Positions 30,507-43,774 of a DNA stretch of 64,000 nt are shown here, piece by piece (the first letter of the stretch is position 1; every line of letters starts with the position of its first letter). Under the pieces are notes generated by a model that worked only from the letters and a program-made list of their open reading frames with translations, did not search any database and was not told where the DNA came from. This stretch comes from Hydrolagus colliei (Eukaryota), in contig CM068755.1 in NCBI GenBank assembly GCA_035084275.1, forward strand, positions 16,926,001-16,990,000, read 5' to 3'. A program made the position numbers and the translations under genes.

Positions 30507-30875
30507 AATAATAATAATAATAATAATCCTGGCATTTGGATATCACGGCTTTTCACATCTTATCGACGTCCCAAAGCTCTTCACAGAATATACTGTAAAG
30601 TGAATTGACTGTGTATATATATATATATATATTTGTGGGAGAAACGCAGCAGCCAATTGCGCACAGCAGCGTCTCCCCCCCACCCCACACACACACACGC
30701 AAACAGTCGTGGATTGAAAATGACCAATTTTATTAGTGTTTTTTTTTGAGGGATTACTATTATTATTAGGCCTGTGTGTGTGTGGAGTAAGGAAACTCGC
30801 CCAAGGTTTCGCCCTGACCTGCCCGGATTCGAACACAGGTCTCCCCCAGCCTGCAAGACTAACCACAGGAGCTCG
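30507..30875 (-). mobile_element. tRNA-derived SINE, near full length
   Basis: (AAT)n tail, core and GGATTCGAAC (B box on minus). Confidence 0.88.
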
Positions 30876-33729
30876 GTAAGGCGCTGTATCCAATACAAGA
30901 GGTTTAGTTCATTCAAGTGTAAAGTGTGAGCAATGAGAATCATTTACACCTTAATCACAACACGGAGACATTATCTCAAATCGCTGGCCTCAGTCCATGG
31001 TTCAATATCATCATCGCTTCATCTCCTCTCGTTTCCTAGCTCCCCCCCCTCCCTTCCCCCCCCACCTCCCTCCCACACACTCTCCCCAGACACCATAATG
31101 AACACAATGATAATTGCCTCCTTCCACCGCCCCCTCCACCTCCGAGAGCATTATTAGTAAATTATGGACGAGGTTAATTTCATTTTAATGTCAGCAAAAC
31201 AGTACGTAATTAGCATTTCATTCAGTTGCGTTTGCTGTAGTGTTGGGGCGGTCTCTGACTGAGGGGAGAATGTATGGGGGGTGGGGGGGGGGGGGGGGGG
31301 GGGGGGGAGTTTTGAAAGCATTTTGAGGGGGATAGGACATAGTGTTTCAGCCTGGACAATGGACACAGGGTAAAATCTCTTCTCTCTCTCTTTCCCAGCA
31401 GCAGGAAAATCTTTAATATCTTCCTTAACGTCTGTCTATGCTTTGGTCTGTGTGTGTGTGTCTATGTGCGAGTGTGTGCATGTATGTGTGTGTCTGTGTG
31501 TAGTTGGGAGTGGTTGGGAGATGTATAGCCACAGTGAGGGAAACAGATTTCACTGCTATTTAAACACACCAACGCAGTTTATAAATAAAATATTTATAAA
31601 TAAAATATATTTACGACCCCCCCCCCCCCACACACACAATCCCCCTCTCTCCCTTCTTTCTCCCCACAATGTATACAGTCAATTCACTTTACAGTATATG
31701 CCGTGAAGAGCGTTTCAGATGCCTCAGTGATGTGATAAGACGCTGTACCAAGTGTAAGGATTATTATTATTTATTATACCTGCCTCTGCCCGCCACCCCC
31801 CACCCACTCACCCCCGTTCACTCTAACACTGGATGGATTTGAACCCCTGATGTGATGATGGGGGCAGATCAGAGACTAAAATCAGCAGCTTCCAACCCGG
31901 CCACCAACACACAACAGGTGTCACCAACTGAGTGTCACCAACAGCTGCTCACAAGCGATTAACTCCCCCCCACCCCCTCCCACCCCCGCCAGTCACCAGC
32001 CCACTCACACACTCTCGCTCACACTCACACACTCGCTCACTCACACTCAGCCACCCCCCTCCCCCCCCACCACACAGGGGCTTATATTCTCTCCATCTTC
32101 TCCCCATCCAAAGCTGAGAACCAGACTGTCACCCCCATATTACTGCTTCCGCCCCCACCCCCCCCCCCCCTCACGCCAGCCTCTCTCCACCACCAGCCTC
32201 TCCCCACCCTCCCCCCCCGCCCATCGTACACTGACAATCAGAACCAGCTCCTCCACCCCAGAGAGTGAAAGAGAGAGAGAGAGACAGATTCACTTTGCCA
32301 ACATTCTGTCACTAACAGTCCCAGACTGAGGGAGAGAAAGGAGCTGCTGAATGAGTTCCTGTCCATCCCCTGCGGGGCAGTCCATCAGCCTCCCCCCCCC
32401 CCCCCCCCCACCATCACAGTGTCCAGCTGTGTGTTCTTTAAACCTCTCCCCCCCCCCCCCACCCCCCCCCCTCCACCTTTTCCTGGTTCACCCTATTTTG
32501 TGTCGTTAATAAATCACCCTCAGTGGTAAAGGGAACCTTCCTGGTGTCTGTCCTGAAATTGCCCCTTTTAGACTCTGAGCCCAGCGGGGTTAGAATGGGG
32601 GGTGGGGTGGGGGGGGGGGGGAGATGGGGGAGTGAGGAGGGCAGGCGGGAGAGGGGCTGGAGGGCAGGCCGGAGGGGATGGGGGAGTGGGAGGGAGCAGG
32701 GAAGGGGTAGACAGGAGAGGAGGGGTGAGAGGGAGGAAGGAGGGAGGAGGGGAGGGAGGGAGGGAGTGGGGGTTGGGGTGAGGGGGGGAGGGAGGAGGTG
32801 AGGCGAGCACACATCAGCGAATGTGGGAATGTGAGGAGAGTTTATCACATGCCTGCAGCTTTTGTCAAATATAGTCATGTTATTACTGTAACCCAGCACT
32901 CGCCGAGCTCCGTCACCACCAAGAAAGGTTTAACATCTCACACAGGCTTTTTTTACAGACTCCTTATTAATCATGTGTGACAGCAACATACCTACACACG
33001 CACACACACACATAGATACACACACACACAGATACACACACACAGATACATGTACACACCCTTACGCTTACGGGAACTGTCATATAATCTATTCCAAAAT
33101 ATTCCATTCACTGCCTGTTTCAGATCACAAATCAGAGTGGGCGGGAGGGGAGGAGAGGGGAGGAGGGGAGTGAGCTTGAGGGGGGGGAGGGGAGTGAGTG
33201 TGAGGAGGAGAGGGGAGTGAGTATATCAGGGAAGGGGAGGATGGGGGGAAGTGAGTGTGAGGGTGGGGAGTGAATGAGTGTGTGGGTGGGGAGGGGTGAG
33301 GAGGAGGGGAGTGAGTGTGTGGGTGGTGGGGAGGGGGGGGGGGAGGGGGGGGTGTAGGGGGAATATTGTCTCTGAGGTGTGGGAGCTCTGGCTTCCCATG
33401 TTCTGGTGACGCAGCGATAATGGAACCAGACACTGAGAGTCTCTCACAGCAAATTTTAGTGAAATTCTAAATATAGAGAAACCTTGCGTTTGGGCCAACG
33501 CCCAGAATATCAGACACTCACAGAGTTAGACACACACAGAAAATCTACAGCACAGACCAAAGCCATTCCGCCCATCAAGTCCACATCAGCTCACACAGCC
33601 TGGAAAGCTCCAGGCCCCTCTCCACAAGGCTGCAGATGCTCAGTCAGTCCTCGAACATATTCCAGACTGAGATTGAGTGATTTCTTACGGACGGAGGGAT
33701 TCAGGGACATAGGGATAATAATAATCATA

Positions 33730-34041
33730 TTAATAATAATAATCCTTGCATTTGGATGTAGCGCTTTTCGCATCTTCTAGACTTTAGAATACACTGTAAA
33801 ATGAATTGACTGTATATATATTTGTGGGCGAAACTCGTCAGCCGATTGCGCACAGCAGCAATGTCCCCCACAGACAGTCGTGGATTGAAATGACCAATTT
33901 TATTCTTGTTATTTTGTTTGTAGGTGTGTGTGTGTGTGGAGTAAGGGAACTTGTCCAAGGTTTCGCCCTGACCTGACTTGCCTGGATTCGAACACAGGTC
34001 TCACGCTTGTAAAGCGAGTGGCTCTAACCCATTGAGCTACA
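33730..34041 (-). mobile_element. Full-length tRNA-derived SINE
   Basis: Same family, minus strand. Confidence 0.88.
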
Positions 34042-35534
34042 TGACACCGGATAAGGGGTGGGGCAGGCTTGAGGGGCTGAATGGCCTAATCCTGCTCCTA
34101 ATTCCCATGTCCCTCGTGAAAGCCCTCCACCCCCCCTGTGTTTATGGGAGCTACAGTGAGAGAGAACAGTCAGGCTGGGAGTGAAAGCCGGTGATGGGAG
34201 AGAGTGAGCCAGAGTTTGCGGAGGAAACGGAAGTGATTATTCCAGCAAAAAAAAGAAAAAGCTGCTTTCACACCAACCACAATAGCTGAACCACAACTTC
34301 CCCCGCCGAGACCGGGGGGGGGGGGGGGGAGGCCGTGGCTCCGACACAGAGCCACACACAGGAACAACCCAGGGACAGAAAGAGCCGGAATACTCCCCAC
34401 CGAACTGCCATTCAATAGTGACCGACCGGGATAATTATAGCGGCTCAAAGCCAGAGACAAAGTGACTCGGGCACTGAGAGAGACAACTAGAAACAGAGAG
34501 AGAGTGAGCGAGAGATGGAGCGAAGTGGGGGGTGGGAGAGAGAGAGAGAGAGAGAGAGACCTCTCAAAGAGCTTCACAGAATACACTGTAAAGTGCAACG
34601 ATTATAATTTACAAAGAGAGTGTGTGAGTGGGTGGGTGGGGGGAGGTTGGGGGAGGGGGTTGAGTAGCAGCTGGGTATCTTAGAAAAGCTCCACTGAGTT
34701 CAGAAAATTCTCTCGCAACAAAACGATTTGTTAAAATGATTCAAACGATTCGTTAAATCTTTCGTTAGATTCACAGTCGCTTTACAGTGAACCTGGTGAA
34801 GCTTCTTTGAGACGTCCGCCCGACACGAAAGGCTTTGCAATCTGATGAGAGAATTCCTATTGGTTTTATTGGGGTTGGAAAACGGGAGCCGTCATTCGCC
34901 CGGAGGTTCATCGCGTCTCGGATCTACTGGCTGCTCGGTCCTGAACCCATTCTGTGTTACAGTTTATGGTAAAGCAAAATGGAAGAAAAATGAGCTAAAA
35001 TGTAATCTTAATCTTCCCTGATTGCCTGATTGAAAAGGGGGGGGGGGGGGGGCGACGGGCGATGGAAACCGATTCCATAAACCACTTGTAAACAATCGGC
35101 TGCCGTGTTTCTCCCACAAATATATATATATATATATACAGTCAATTCACTTTACAGTATATTCTGTGAATCGCTTTGAGACACAGTCTGAAAGACGTGA
35201 AAAGCTGCATTATCAAAATGCAAGGATTATTATTATTAGTAGTAAGAGAGTAGATAGTTATTTGGGGAGGACAGGTTTGCGGGGTTGTGGGGAGAGAGAG
35301 AGAGAGAGAGAGAGTGGGGAGAGTAGGATTGCTTTGGAAAAGCTCTTATCAAAGAGTCGGCACAGACAGGATGGATGGAATGGCCTCAGTCCCTATTGCT
35401 GGATAATCCTGTGGCTCAGACCGTGTGTCAGGCTGAGAGCCACACAGTGACACACTGCCGCCCTCCGGTGGGCGATATTGAGTATTGCAGCCCAGTGTGC
35501 ATCCAATCAGAGCTTTTAATAATCAGAATACTCT

Positions 35535-35864
35535 TAATAATCCTTGCATTTGAAATAGCGGCTTTTCACGTCTTCTAGACTGTGTCTTAAAGCGCTTCAC
35601 AGAATATACTTTAAAGTGAATTGACTGTGTATATTTGTGGGCGAAACGCGGCAGCCGATTGCGCACAGCAAACAGTCGTGGATTGAAATGACCAATTTAT
35701 TATGGTGTTTTTTTTGAGGGATTATTATTAGGTGTGTGTGTGTGTGTGTGTGTGGAGTAAGAAAACTTGCCCAAGGTTTCGCCCTGACCTGCCTGGATAC
35801 GAAACACAGGTCTTATGTTTCTAAGGCAAGTGTGTGGATCTAACCACTGAGTTACAGGAGCTCC
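35535..35864 (-). mobile_element. Full-length tRNA-derived SINE
   Basis: Same family, minus strand. Confidence 0.88.
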
Positions 35865-36285
35865 ACAAAGATCTCTTTTAAGATTGATTTCACCTCTTGT
35901 CTCCAAGCCTGTGAGATCCTCAGGTTTCTTGTCGATGGTATTTTTTCTACAGTAACTATGTTCTCATGCAGTGACTGTATTTGTGAGCGAGAACAACCGC
36001 ATCCCACAGAACATCTGAAGTGAGCAGTCTGAGACATGTATATGTTTATATATATATATATATCTATATATAGTATATAGGGAGCTATAGAAACAATAGT
36101 TGTTGTTGGTGGTTGTTGATGTGTTTTTCAGTGGGAGAATGTCAGAACCTAATAATAATAACAATAATAATCCTGGTATTTGATATCGCGGCTTTTCACA
36201 TTTTATCGACGTCTCAAAGCGCTTCACAGAATATCCTGTAAAGTGAATTGACTGTATATATTTGTGGGCGAACACAATAATAACG

Positions 36286-36420
36286 AGTAGGAGTAGGCCA
36301 TTCAGCCCCTCGAGCCTGCCCCGCCACCATTCAATAAAATCACATCTGATTTTTCTAATCTAACTCCGCCTGCCCCCACCTTATTCCCCATATAACCTTA
36401 ATCCCTCTACCCACCTATCT
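36286..36420 (-). mobile_element. CR1-type LINE 3' UTR fragment
   Basis: GGAGTAGGCCATTCAGCCCCTCGAGCCTGCCCC matches 63598-63630. Confidence 0.75.
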
Positions 36421-38071
36421 AGAGGGAAGAGGGAGGGAATTATTACCCCCTGGACAACAAACAGACGCATGCAGAGTCAGGAAACTCGGTCAACTTTTCC
36501 TTCCCGCCGGGAATCAATCCCGGGTCTCCCCTCTACTACAGTAACTACGGGACACACGAGAGAGGAGAGGTTTAGCCGGTCGATGAGTTGGTAAAGAGTG
36601 ACTGTCTGAGGACAATGGGCCAGGATCAGGTGTTGGGATCAGTTTGCTGGGAAAACAGCCTGAGAGACAGTGTGAGCAACAGTGACAGCCCATCAATCAC
36701 TGCACAGGACACACACACACACACACTCAGTTTAGCTGACACCTTCACTCTCTCACTCAGGCTGTACAGAATGGTGGGGGGTGGGTAGATGGGGAAGCAA
36801 TCAGAGAGGGAGAGGAGAGAGGGTAAGGGGGAGAGAGGAGAGAGGGGGAGAGATATAGAGAAGAGAGACTGGGGTAGGAGGAGAGATAGAGGTTGAGGAG
36901 GAGGAGGTGCCAGGCTGCCTCCCTGTGGTGGCTCTGCGCTACTGCAGGTCCCCAAAACATCTGTATCTTTCACATTTGCACTGACAACAATTACAACCCT
37001 CGGATTGGCTTTAAATCTCTCGCTCCCCACCCAGCCCCCTCCGGGAAAAGGCACAGAGAGATCAGAGACACTAGGAAAATATCCAGATATAATGGCGGGT
37101 TAGTGAGGGGCGCGGGGGTGGGGGTGTGGGGGTGTGTGTGTAGAGATTCATTTAAAACTCTTCGCTGCGAAGTTGTGGAATTGCCGATGGCATTTCTCTT
37201 CTCTACCCTCACCTCCACTCCCCACCCCCCCTCACCTCCCCCCCCCCCACCCCCCCACACACCCCCCCCCCCACCAAACACAGGTCTCACGCTTGTAACG
37301 CGAGCACTCTAACCACTGAGCTCCAAGAGCTGTGTATAATACACGCAAACGAAAGGATAATAGATGAGTGAGTGAGTGTGTGAGTGTGAGTGAGAGAGGC
37401 GAGTGAGTGAGTGTGAGTGGAGTGAGTGAGTGTGAGTGAGTGAGTGCCAGAGAGTGTACGTGAGGAATAAAGGCAACAGCAAAGTTTCTCGTTGGTGATG
37501 AGACGAAGTATATTAGTCGATGAGAAGTTAAGAATTAATACAAAGATCTTTTCGCTCCAATCTCATTTTAGTTACAAAATACAACAGCATCGAGAGCTGG
37601 CGGAGGGAGTTAAGAGATATCAGCTTCTTAATTTAGGAAACACCCAGCGAGCGAGACACCCGTCACATACATAACACCCGAGATATCACCCTGACTTGGT
37701 AACCACCCCCCACCCATCCACCCACCCACCCACCCTCTCTGTCTGTCTCTCTCCCTCCCTCCCTCCCTCTCTGAGGTTTGTGTGACGGGCGATATATAAA
37801 TACTAAAGTTGTCGGGAATAACATCAGATACCATTGCCTCACACCTGGGGAGAGGGAGGGGAGCGAGGAAAAAAAAAAATCCTCCTCCCTCCCTCCCCCC
37901 TGTGTGGGGTGTGTGTGTGTGGGGGGGGGGGGGGTGTCTGGGGGGGGGGGGTGAGGGGGGGGGGGGGGGAGGGTCCGGCTCAGGGCTGGAGCCTGAGCGA
38001 GGGGTGTGTGTGTGGGGTGTGTGTGTGTGTGTGGGGGTGGGGTGTGTGTGTGTGTGGCGGGGGGTTCTGGC

Positions 38072-41000
38072 TCAGGGCTGGAGCCTGAGCGAGGGGTGTG
38101 TGAACGTCAGGAGGGAGATGAGCGAGGAGAGGAGACCGCAGACGGCCGCCAGTGCGGGGGGGGGTCCGGCAGAGGCCCAGCTTGTCCAGAGGCAGGGGGA
38201 AGTCGCATAGGTTCCTGGTCAGGTCCAGCAGGAGGGGGGGGTGGTCCCGAAGGCTTCCACACACCAGCCCGGCCAGCCGCCCCCCCCTCCCCGCGTACTG
38301 TACCCAGGCGGGGGTCACGGGGAACGGGGGCCGGAGTTTCTGCCCCTCTCCCCCTCCTCCCTCTCCCCCTCCTCGCCCCCCTCCTCCTCCCTCTCCCCTC
38401 TTCTCGCCCTCTCCCCCTTCCTCTCCCTCTCCCCCTCCCCCTCCCCTCTCCTCGCCCCTCTCCCTCTCCCCCTCCTTCTCGCCCCTCTCCCCCTCCCCCG
38501 CCCCCCTCTCTCCGCAGCAGACGGACCAGCTGGTACAGATCTCGGCTCACGCTCAGGGTTAGAGATAGGAGGTAGCAACGCGAGCTGCGCAGGCTCCAGG
38601 CCTCTCGGTCCAGCCCGGCCCCCAGCCCGCACAGCACACCGCGTTGTCGCACAGGTAGGACGCGGCTCTGACCAACTCCATCCCCGTCAGGCAAAGCCTC
38701 AGCGCGGGATCCCTCAGTCCAGCGCTCCGCCGAGCGGACAGCAACGCATCCACACTGCTACCTAAACGCAGGACTGTGTGTGTGAGAGAGAGAGACACAG
38801 AGAGAGTGCGTGAGAGAGAGAGAGACACAGAGAGTGCGAGAGAGAGTCACAGAGAGAGACACACAGAGAGATACACAGAGAGAGACAGAGAGAGTGTGTG
38901 AGAGAGACACACAGAGAGAGACACAGAGAGAGTGTGTGAGAGAGACACAGAGAGTGTGAGAGAGACACAGAGAGAGTGTGAGAGAGNNNNNNNNNNNNNN
39001 NNNNNNNNNNNNNNNNNNNNNNNNNNNNNNNNNNNNNNNNNNNNNNNNNNNNNNNNNNNNNNNNNNNNNNNNNNNNNNNNNNNNNNNNNNNNNNNNNNNN
39101 NNNNNNNNNNNNNNNNNNNNNNNNNNNNNNNNNNNNNNNNNNNNNNNNNNNNNNNNNNNNNNNNNNNNNNNNNNNNNNNNNNNNACAGAGTGTGAGAGAG
39201 ACACACTGAGAGAGACACAGAGAGAGTGTGAGAGAGACAAACAGAGAGTGTGTGTGACAGAGACAACAGAGAGAGTGTGAGAGAGATACACACAGAGAGT
39301 GTGTGAGAGAGACAACAGAGTGTGTGTGAGACACACAGAGAGTGTGTGTGAGATAGACACACACAGAGAGAGTGTATGTGTCAGAGAGACACACAGAGAG
39401 AGTGTGTAAGAGCATCCATCACACTGCACATGGCATGGCCTGGGGGGGTGGAGAAGTGGGGGTGGGGGGGTGAACACGCACATGCCTTCAGTGTGAGACC
39501 AGCTAACACTGTAACCCTGACCCCTGACCAGACCTTAGTTTTCAAAGCCTCTCCCCACCCCAGACCCCTACGCCCCCCATCCCCCCTCCCCACCCCCAGA
39601 CCCCTACGCCCCCCATCCCCACCCCAGACCCCTACGCCCCCCACCCCCCCTCCCCACCCCCAGACCCCTACGCCCCCCCCACCCCCCCTCCCCAACCCCC
39701 AGACCCCTACGCCCCCCATCCCCCCCCCCCACCCTAGTCTGACCTTATACTCACGCTTGCGTCCTGAGCTCATGTCGGCCTCCAGCCGTGTGAGTTTGGT
39801 GACCAGCTCCCGGCTGCCGAGGTCCTGGTTTGGTATTAGACAGCGAAGAGAAGCGCATGCAAACTGAGTGGTCCTGAAACANNNNNNNNNNNNNNNNNNN
39901 NNNNNNNNNNNNNNNNNNNNNNNNNNNNNNNNNNNNNNNNNNNNNNNNNNNNNNNNNNNNNNNNNNNNNNNNNNNNNNNNNNNNNNNNNNNNNNNNNNNN
40001 NNNNNNNNNNNNNGCACGAGCGCTGGGTGAACAAGGGAGTTTGGGTGTTTGTCCACTCGACAGCCCAGACACAGACAGAACCTCTCTGTAGGTGTGTCTC
40101 CCATCCGCGTCTCTACTGAATTCACCCCCCCCCCCCCCCCCCACTTCCCTACCCCCCCCCCCCCCCCCCCCCCCACCGCCGGGGCAAATTTGATGTCTAT
40201 AAATAAAATAATAATAATAATGATCCTGGCATTTGATGTAGTGGCTTCTTCACGTCTTATCGACTGTGTCTCAAAGCTGCTTCTCACAGAACATACACTG
40301 TAAAGTGGATTGACTGTGTATATATGTATATATTTGTATATAAATCTATACATATATATTAGATATATATCTGTGGGACAGCGAAACAGTGGCGCAGCCG
40401 ATTGCGCACAGCAGCGTTCCCCCCCCCCCACCACACACTCGTGGATTAAAATGACCAATTTTTATTTGTTTTTTTTGGGGGGGAGGGATTGTTATTAGGT
40501 GTGTCTGTGTGTGTCTGTGTTAATGTGTACAAGGCTCTGAACTCTGTGAGACGCTTCCCTGTGTGAAGGAGTGTGTAAAAACACGCGTTGTTCTATCGTC
40601 TGATGATGGGAGCTCCTGTAGCTCAACTGGTTTTAAAAGCTGGAGGATCTGGCTTTCAATTCCTGGCAGGTCAGGTCAGAGAAAAAGCTTGGGCAAGTTT
40701 CCTTACTCCACACACACGCGCACACACACACACACACACACGTGCCTGATAATAATCCTCAAGAACAAAAACAATAATAAATTGGTCCACGGATTATTAT
40801 AATTCTAATTATCGTTTACTTGCTCAAAGGAAGAATTCAACCTCCCCCCCCCCCCCACCACCACCACCACCACCACACCACCTCTCCCAAACTCCCACTC
40901 TCCTCCTGCTGGCACAGTGTGTGACACTCAGGCTTGCGTTAGCAAACCTCACCCTCGCCTCCGCGCCCCCCCACCCCCCACCCCCCCACCACGTTTGAGT

Positions 41001-41812
41001 TCACTGTGTTAGGCAGGCCGCAGGTTTTGTGGCGAAATGTCTGGACGAGTGGAAACAAATATTGCGCATGCGAAATGACAAAAATTAAAATAAAATAAAA
41101 TTAAAGTTGCTGCAGCCGTAGCTCGGGCTGCGGGACAGGGGAACAGGGATACGGGGGCAGGGGGTAGGGACAGGGGGCAGGGGTTAGGGAACAGGGGGCA
41201 GGGGTTAGGGATAGGGGGCAGGGGTTAGGGACAGGGGGTAGGGACAGGGGGCAGGGGGGCGGGGCAGGGGGGTGGGACAGGGAGGGGCAGGGAAACGAGG
41301 CGCGAGTTGGAGACCAACGATGCTGGCGCAAAACAAAATCGAGTGAAACCTTTTTTTGCCCCGAAGGGTCGGATTTGATAAAATAAGGAAACATTACAGC
41401 GGCGAGGACACCGCGGAAACAGACAGCTTTCACTAAAACTCATAATCCCCCCCCACACACACACTCCCTCCCTACCCTCACGCTCCTGCCCACAAACTCA
41501 CCTCCCTCACTCCTCCCCACCCCCATATCCAGAGGGAGCTGGAGGCAGCGGGAGCAGATAGTGGACACACACACACACGAGGGGGAGAGATAGACAGAGA
41601 GAGAAGAGAGAGAGAGAGACAGCACACACAATTGCAAAAAAACACACACACAGTACACAGTGCACACAGCCAGTGCGAGGCTGACAGTCACACACTGACC
41701 ACAGTGTATTGTGTACTGTACTGTGAGACTGTGCTGGGCTGTGCTGGAAACACTGACCTGAAACCCTGTCCCTGCCCTGGCTGAGGGACAAGAGGTTACT
41801 GAGTGGCTCCAT
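38072..41812 (-). CDS. PEX11A: Peroxisomal membrane protein 11A; exons 41812-41758, 39873-39755, 38773-38072; about 4 frameshifts as assembled
   Basis: Exon 1 MEPLSNLLSLSQGRDRV; exon 2 TTQFACASLRCL...LVTKLTRLEADMSSGRK; exon 3 LRLGSSVDAL...LRLCLT...YLCDN / GLDREAWSLRSSRCYLLSLTLSVSRDLYQL / SLRDHPPLLLDLTRNLCDFPLPLDKLGL / ALAAVCGLLSSLISLLTFTHPSLRLQP*. These are PEX11 family motifs, splice sites are canonical, and the gene is head-to-head with WDR93 as in human. Confidence 0.9.
38775..39410. repeat. Compound GA/GT/CA microsatellite containing an N gap (PEX11A intron 2)
   Basis: Reiterated GAGAGAGACACAGAGAGAGTGTGT. Confidence 0.9.
39553..39735. repeat. C-rich minisatellite CCCCAGACCCCTACGCCCCCCA, 5 copies
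   Basis: CAGACCCCTACGCCCCC repeated at about 39561, 39597, 39625, 39661 and 39700. Confidence 0.85.
40205..40505 (-). mobile_element. SINE, 5'-truncated
   Basis: Family tail and core. Confidence 0.8.
41131..41292. repeat. G-rich tandem repeat of about 20 bp, GGGACAGGGGGCAGGGGTTA
   Basis: Visible tandem copies with G-quadruplex-forming composition. Confidence 0.8.
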
Positions 41813-43090
41813 GGCCGGGATGAGAGAGGACAGTGGCTGGGAAAGCGAACTTTGAACCCAGCCAGCCAATTGGCAAGATGTCAAGTTCAGGCAGCTCAGC
41901 CACACACACACACAGAGAGAGATAGACAGCGAGTTAGTGAATGAATGGGAGAGAGAGAGCGAACTTCCCACTTGGGCAGATAAGATCTCTCACACACACA
42001 TACACAGAGATAGACAGACAGACAGCCGGGTGGGAGATATCACTGTTGAAAGCACGGGGTGCATGAGAGAGAGAGAGAGAGCGAGGGCGAGCGGCAGATG
42101 GTGAATAAACGTGTTGGTTAATTTAGTAGTTAACCCTTCGTTGACACCCAACACAAACCCATCTGACTAACGCCGCTGACCTCCCCCCCCACCCCGTCGA
42201 AATCCTCATTTATTGATTCGAAACAGTGTTAGTGAGATGGGTGGGTGTCCACCGAAGGATTAACTACTAAATTAACCAACAAAGATTATTCTCTATCTCT
42301 CGCTCGCCTCTCGCTCGATCGCTTGTTGCACTCGGTCTGAGACGCCCGTGTCCGGCGTGGAGGCCGCTATATAAATGTAAGTTTTGATTCATTGATAAAC
42401 CAAGTTCTTGTTGTTCATTTGTTTGTTGTTGAAGGTATAAATATTTAAACAGTTTGCACCCTCCCCCACACACCTTATACCCTTGTCGAGCAAACGCAAG
42501 GGAGAACTTTCCCATCCCACAGACAGAGTGTGTGTGTGTGTGTGGGGGGGGGGGGGGGAGGGGGAGGGGAGTGGGGGGCTATAATAATAATAATCCTTGT
42601 CATTTGATATAACGTCTCAAAGCGCTTCCACAGAATACACTGTAAAGTGAATCAACGGTATATTTGTGGGCGAAATGTTTCATCTGAAAGACTGAGTCGA
42701 TTCTTCACCCCCCCCACCCACCTCACCGATACTGAGTGAGTCAGTGAGTGAGTGAGTTAGTTACTGAATGAGTTAAGACAAATGCACGAGTACACTATTT
42801 GAGTGAATGAGTTAGTGAATCAGTGAGTTAGTTAGTTAATGAGTGATTCAGATACTTAAGTCAGTGAGGTGAATTAGGGGAGTTTAATGGTTGGCAGTGA
42901 TTTAGTGATAATTAGTTATTAGTTAGTGATTAATTAGGATGAATTAGTGATTATTCAGTGAGTTAGTGATTAGCTTATTGTCAGTGATCAATCAGATCAT
43001 TCTGTGAGTTAGTCAGTGAGCTAGTGATTACCGGTAGTTAATGATTAGCCAGTGAGTTAGTCATCAGGACTCAGGAAATGTGCTTGCTTT

Positions 43091-43122
43091 ACTTCCGGTA
43101 TCGTCTCCTAGCAACAGTGACG
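43091..43122 (+). promoter_or_regulatory. WDR93 promoter core: ETS site, RFX X-box and CRE half-site
   Basis: ACTTCCGGT at 43091, GTCTCCTAGCAAC at 43103-43115 and GTGACG at 43117, in the only unique island between two repeat tracts upstream of the WDR93 ATG. Confidence 0.6.
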
Positions 43123-43135
43123 CCAAAACACAGAC

Positions 43136-43755
43136 AGTCAGTGAGAGAGTGTGTGTGTGTATACACTGAGTGTGAGAGGCTGTGTGTGTATACACAGTGA
43201 GTGTGAGGCTGTGTGTGTATACAGTGAGTGTGTGTGTGTACAGTGAGTGTGAGAGCCTGTGTGTGTGTATACAGTGAGTGTGAGAGCCTGTGTGTGTGTG
43301 TGTGTGTATACAGTCAGTGTGAGAGCCTGTGTGTGTGTGTATACAGTCAGTGTGAGAGCCTGTGTGTGTGTGTGTATACAGTGAGTGTGAGGAGCCTGTG
43401 TGTGTGTGTACACACTGAGTGTGAGAGCCTGTGTGTGTGTGTATACAGTCAGTGTGAGAGGCTGTGTGTGTGTGTGTGTATACAGTGAGTGTGAGAGCCT
43501 GTGTGTGTGTATACAGTGAGTGTGAGAGCCTGTGTGTGTGTACACACTGAGTGTGAGAGCCTGTGTGTGTGTATACAGTGAGTGTGAGAGCCTGTGTGTG
43601 TGTATACAGTGAGTGTGAGAGCCTGTGTGTGTGTGTATACAGTGAGTGTGAGAGCCTGTGTGTGTGTATACAGTCAGTGTGAGAGCCTGTGTGTGTGTGT
43701 GTGTATACAGTCAGTGTGAGAGGCTGTGTGTGTGTGTATACAGTCAGTGTGAGAG
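43136..43755. repeat. Minisatellite of about 28-36 bp, (GT)nATACAGT(G/C)AGTGTGAGAGCCT, about 20 copies
   Basis: Directly visible tandem array ending 20 bp before the WDR93 ATG. Confidence 0.9.
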
Positions 43756-43774
43756 GGGGTGGGTGGGGTGGGAG

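Noticed and set aside
38758-40458. Long ORFs containing X runs (also near 21000, 29000 and 30200)
   Set aside because: Artefacts of N gaps and microsatellites.
41172-41230. Interstitial telomeric repeat
   Set aside because: TTAGGG occurs only singly within a 20-bp unit, never as tandem hexamers.
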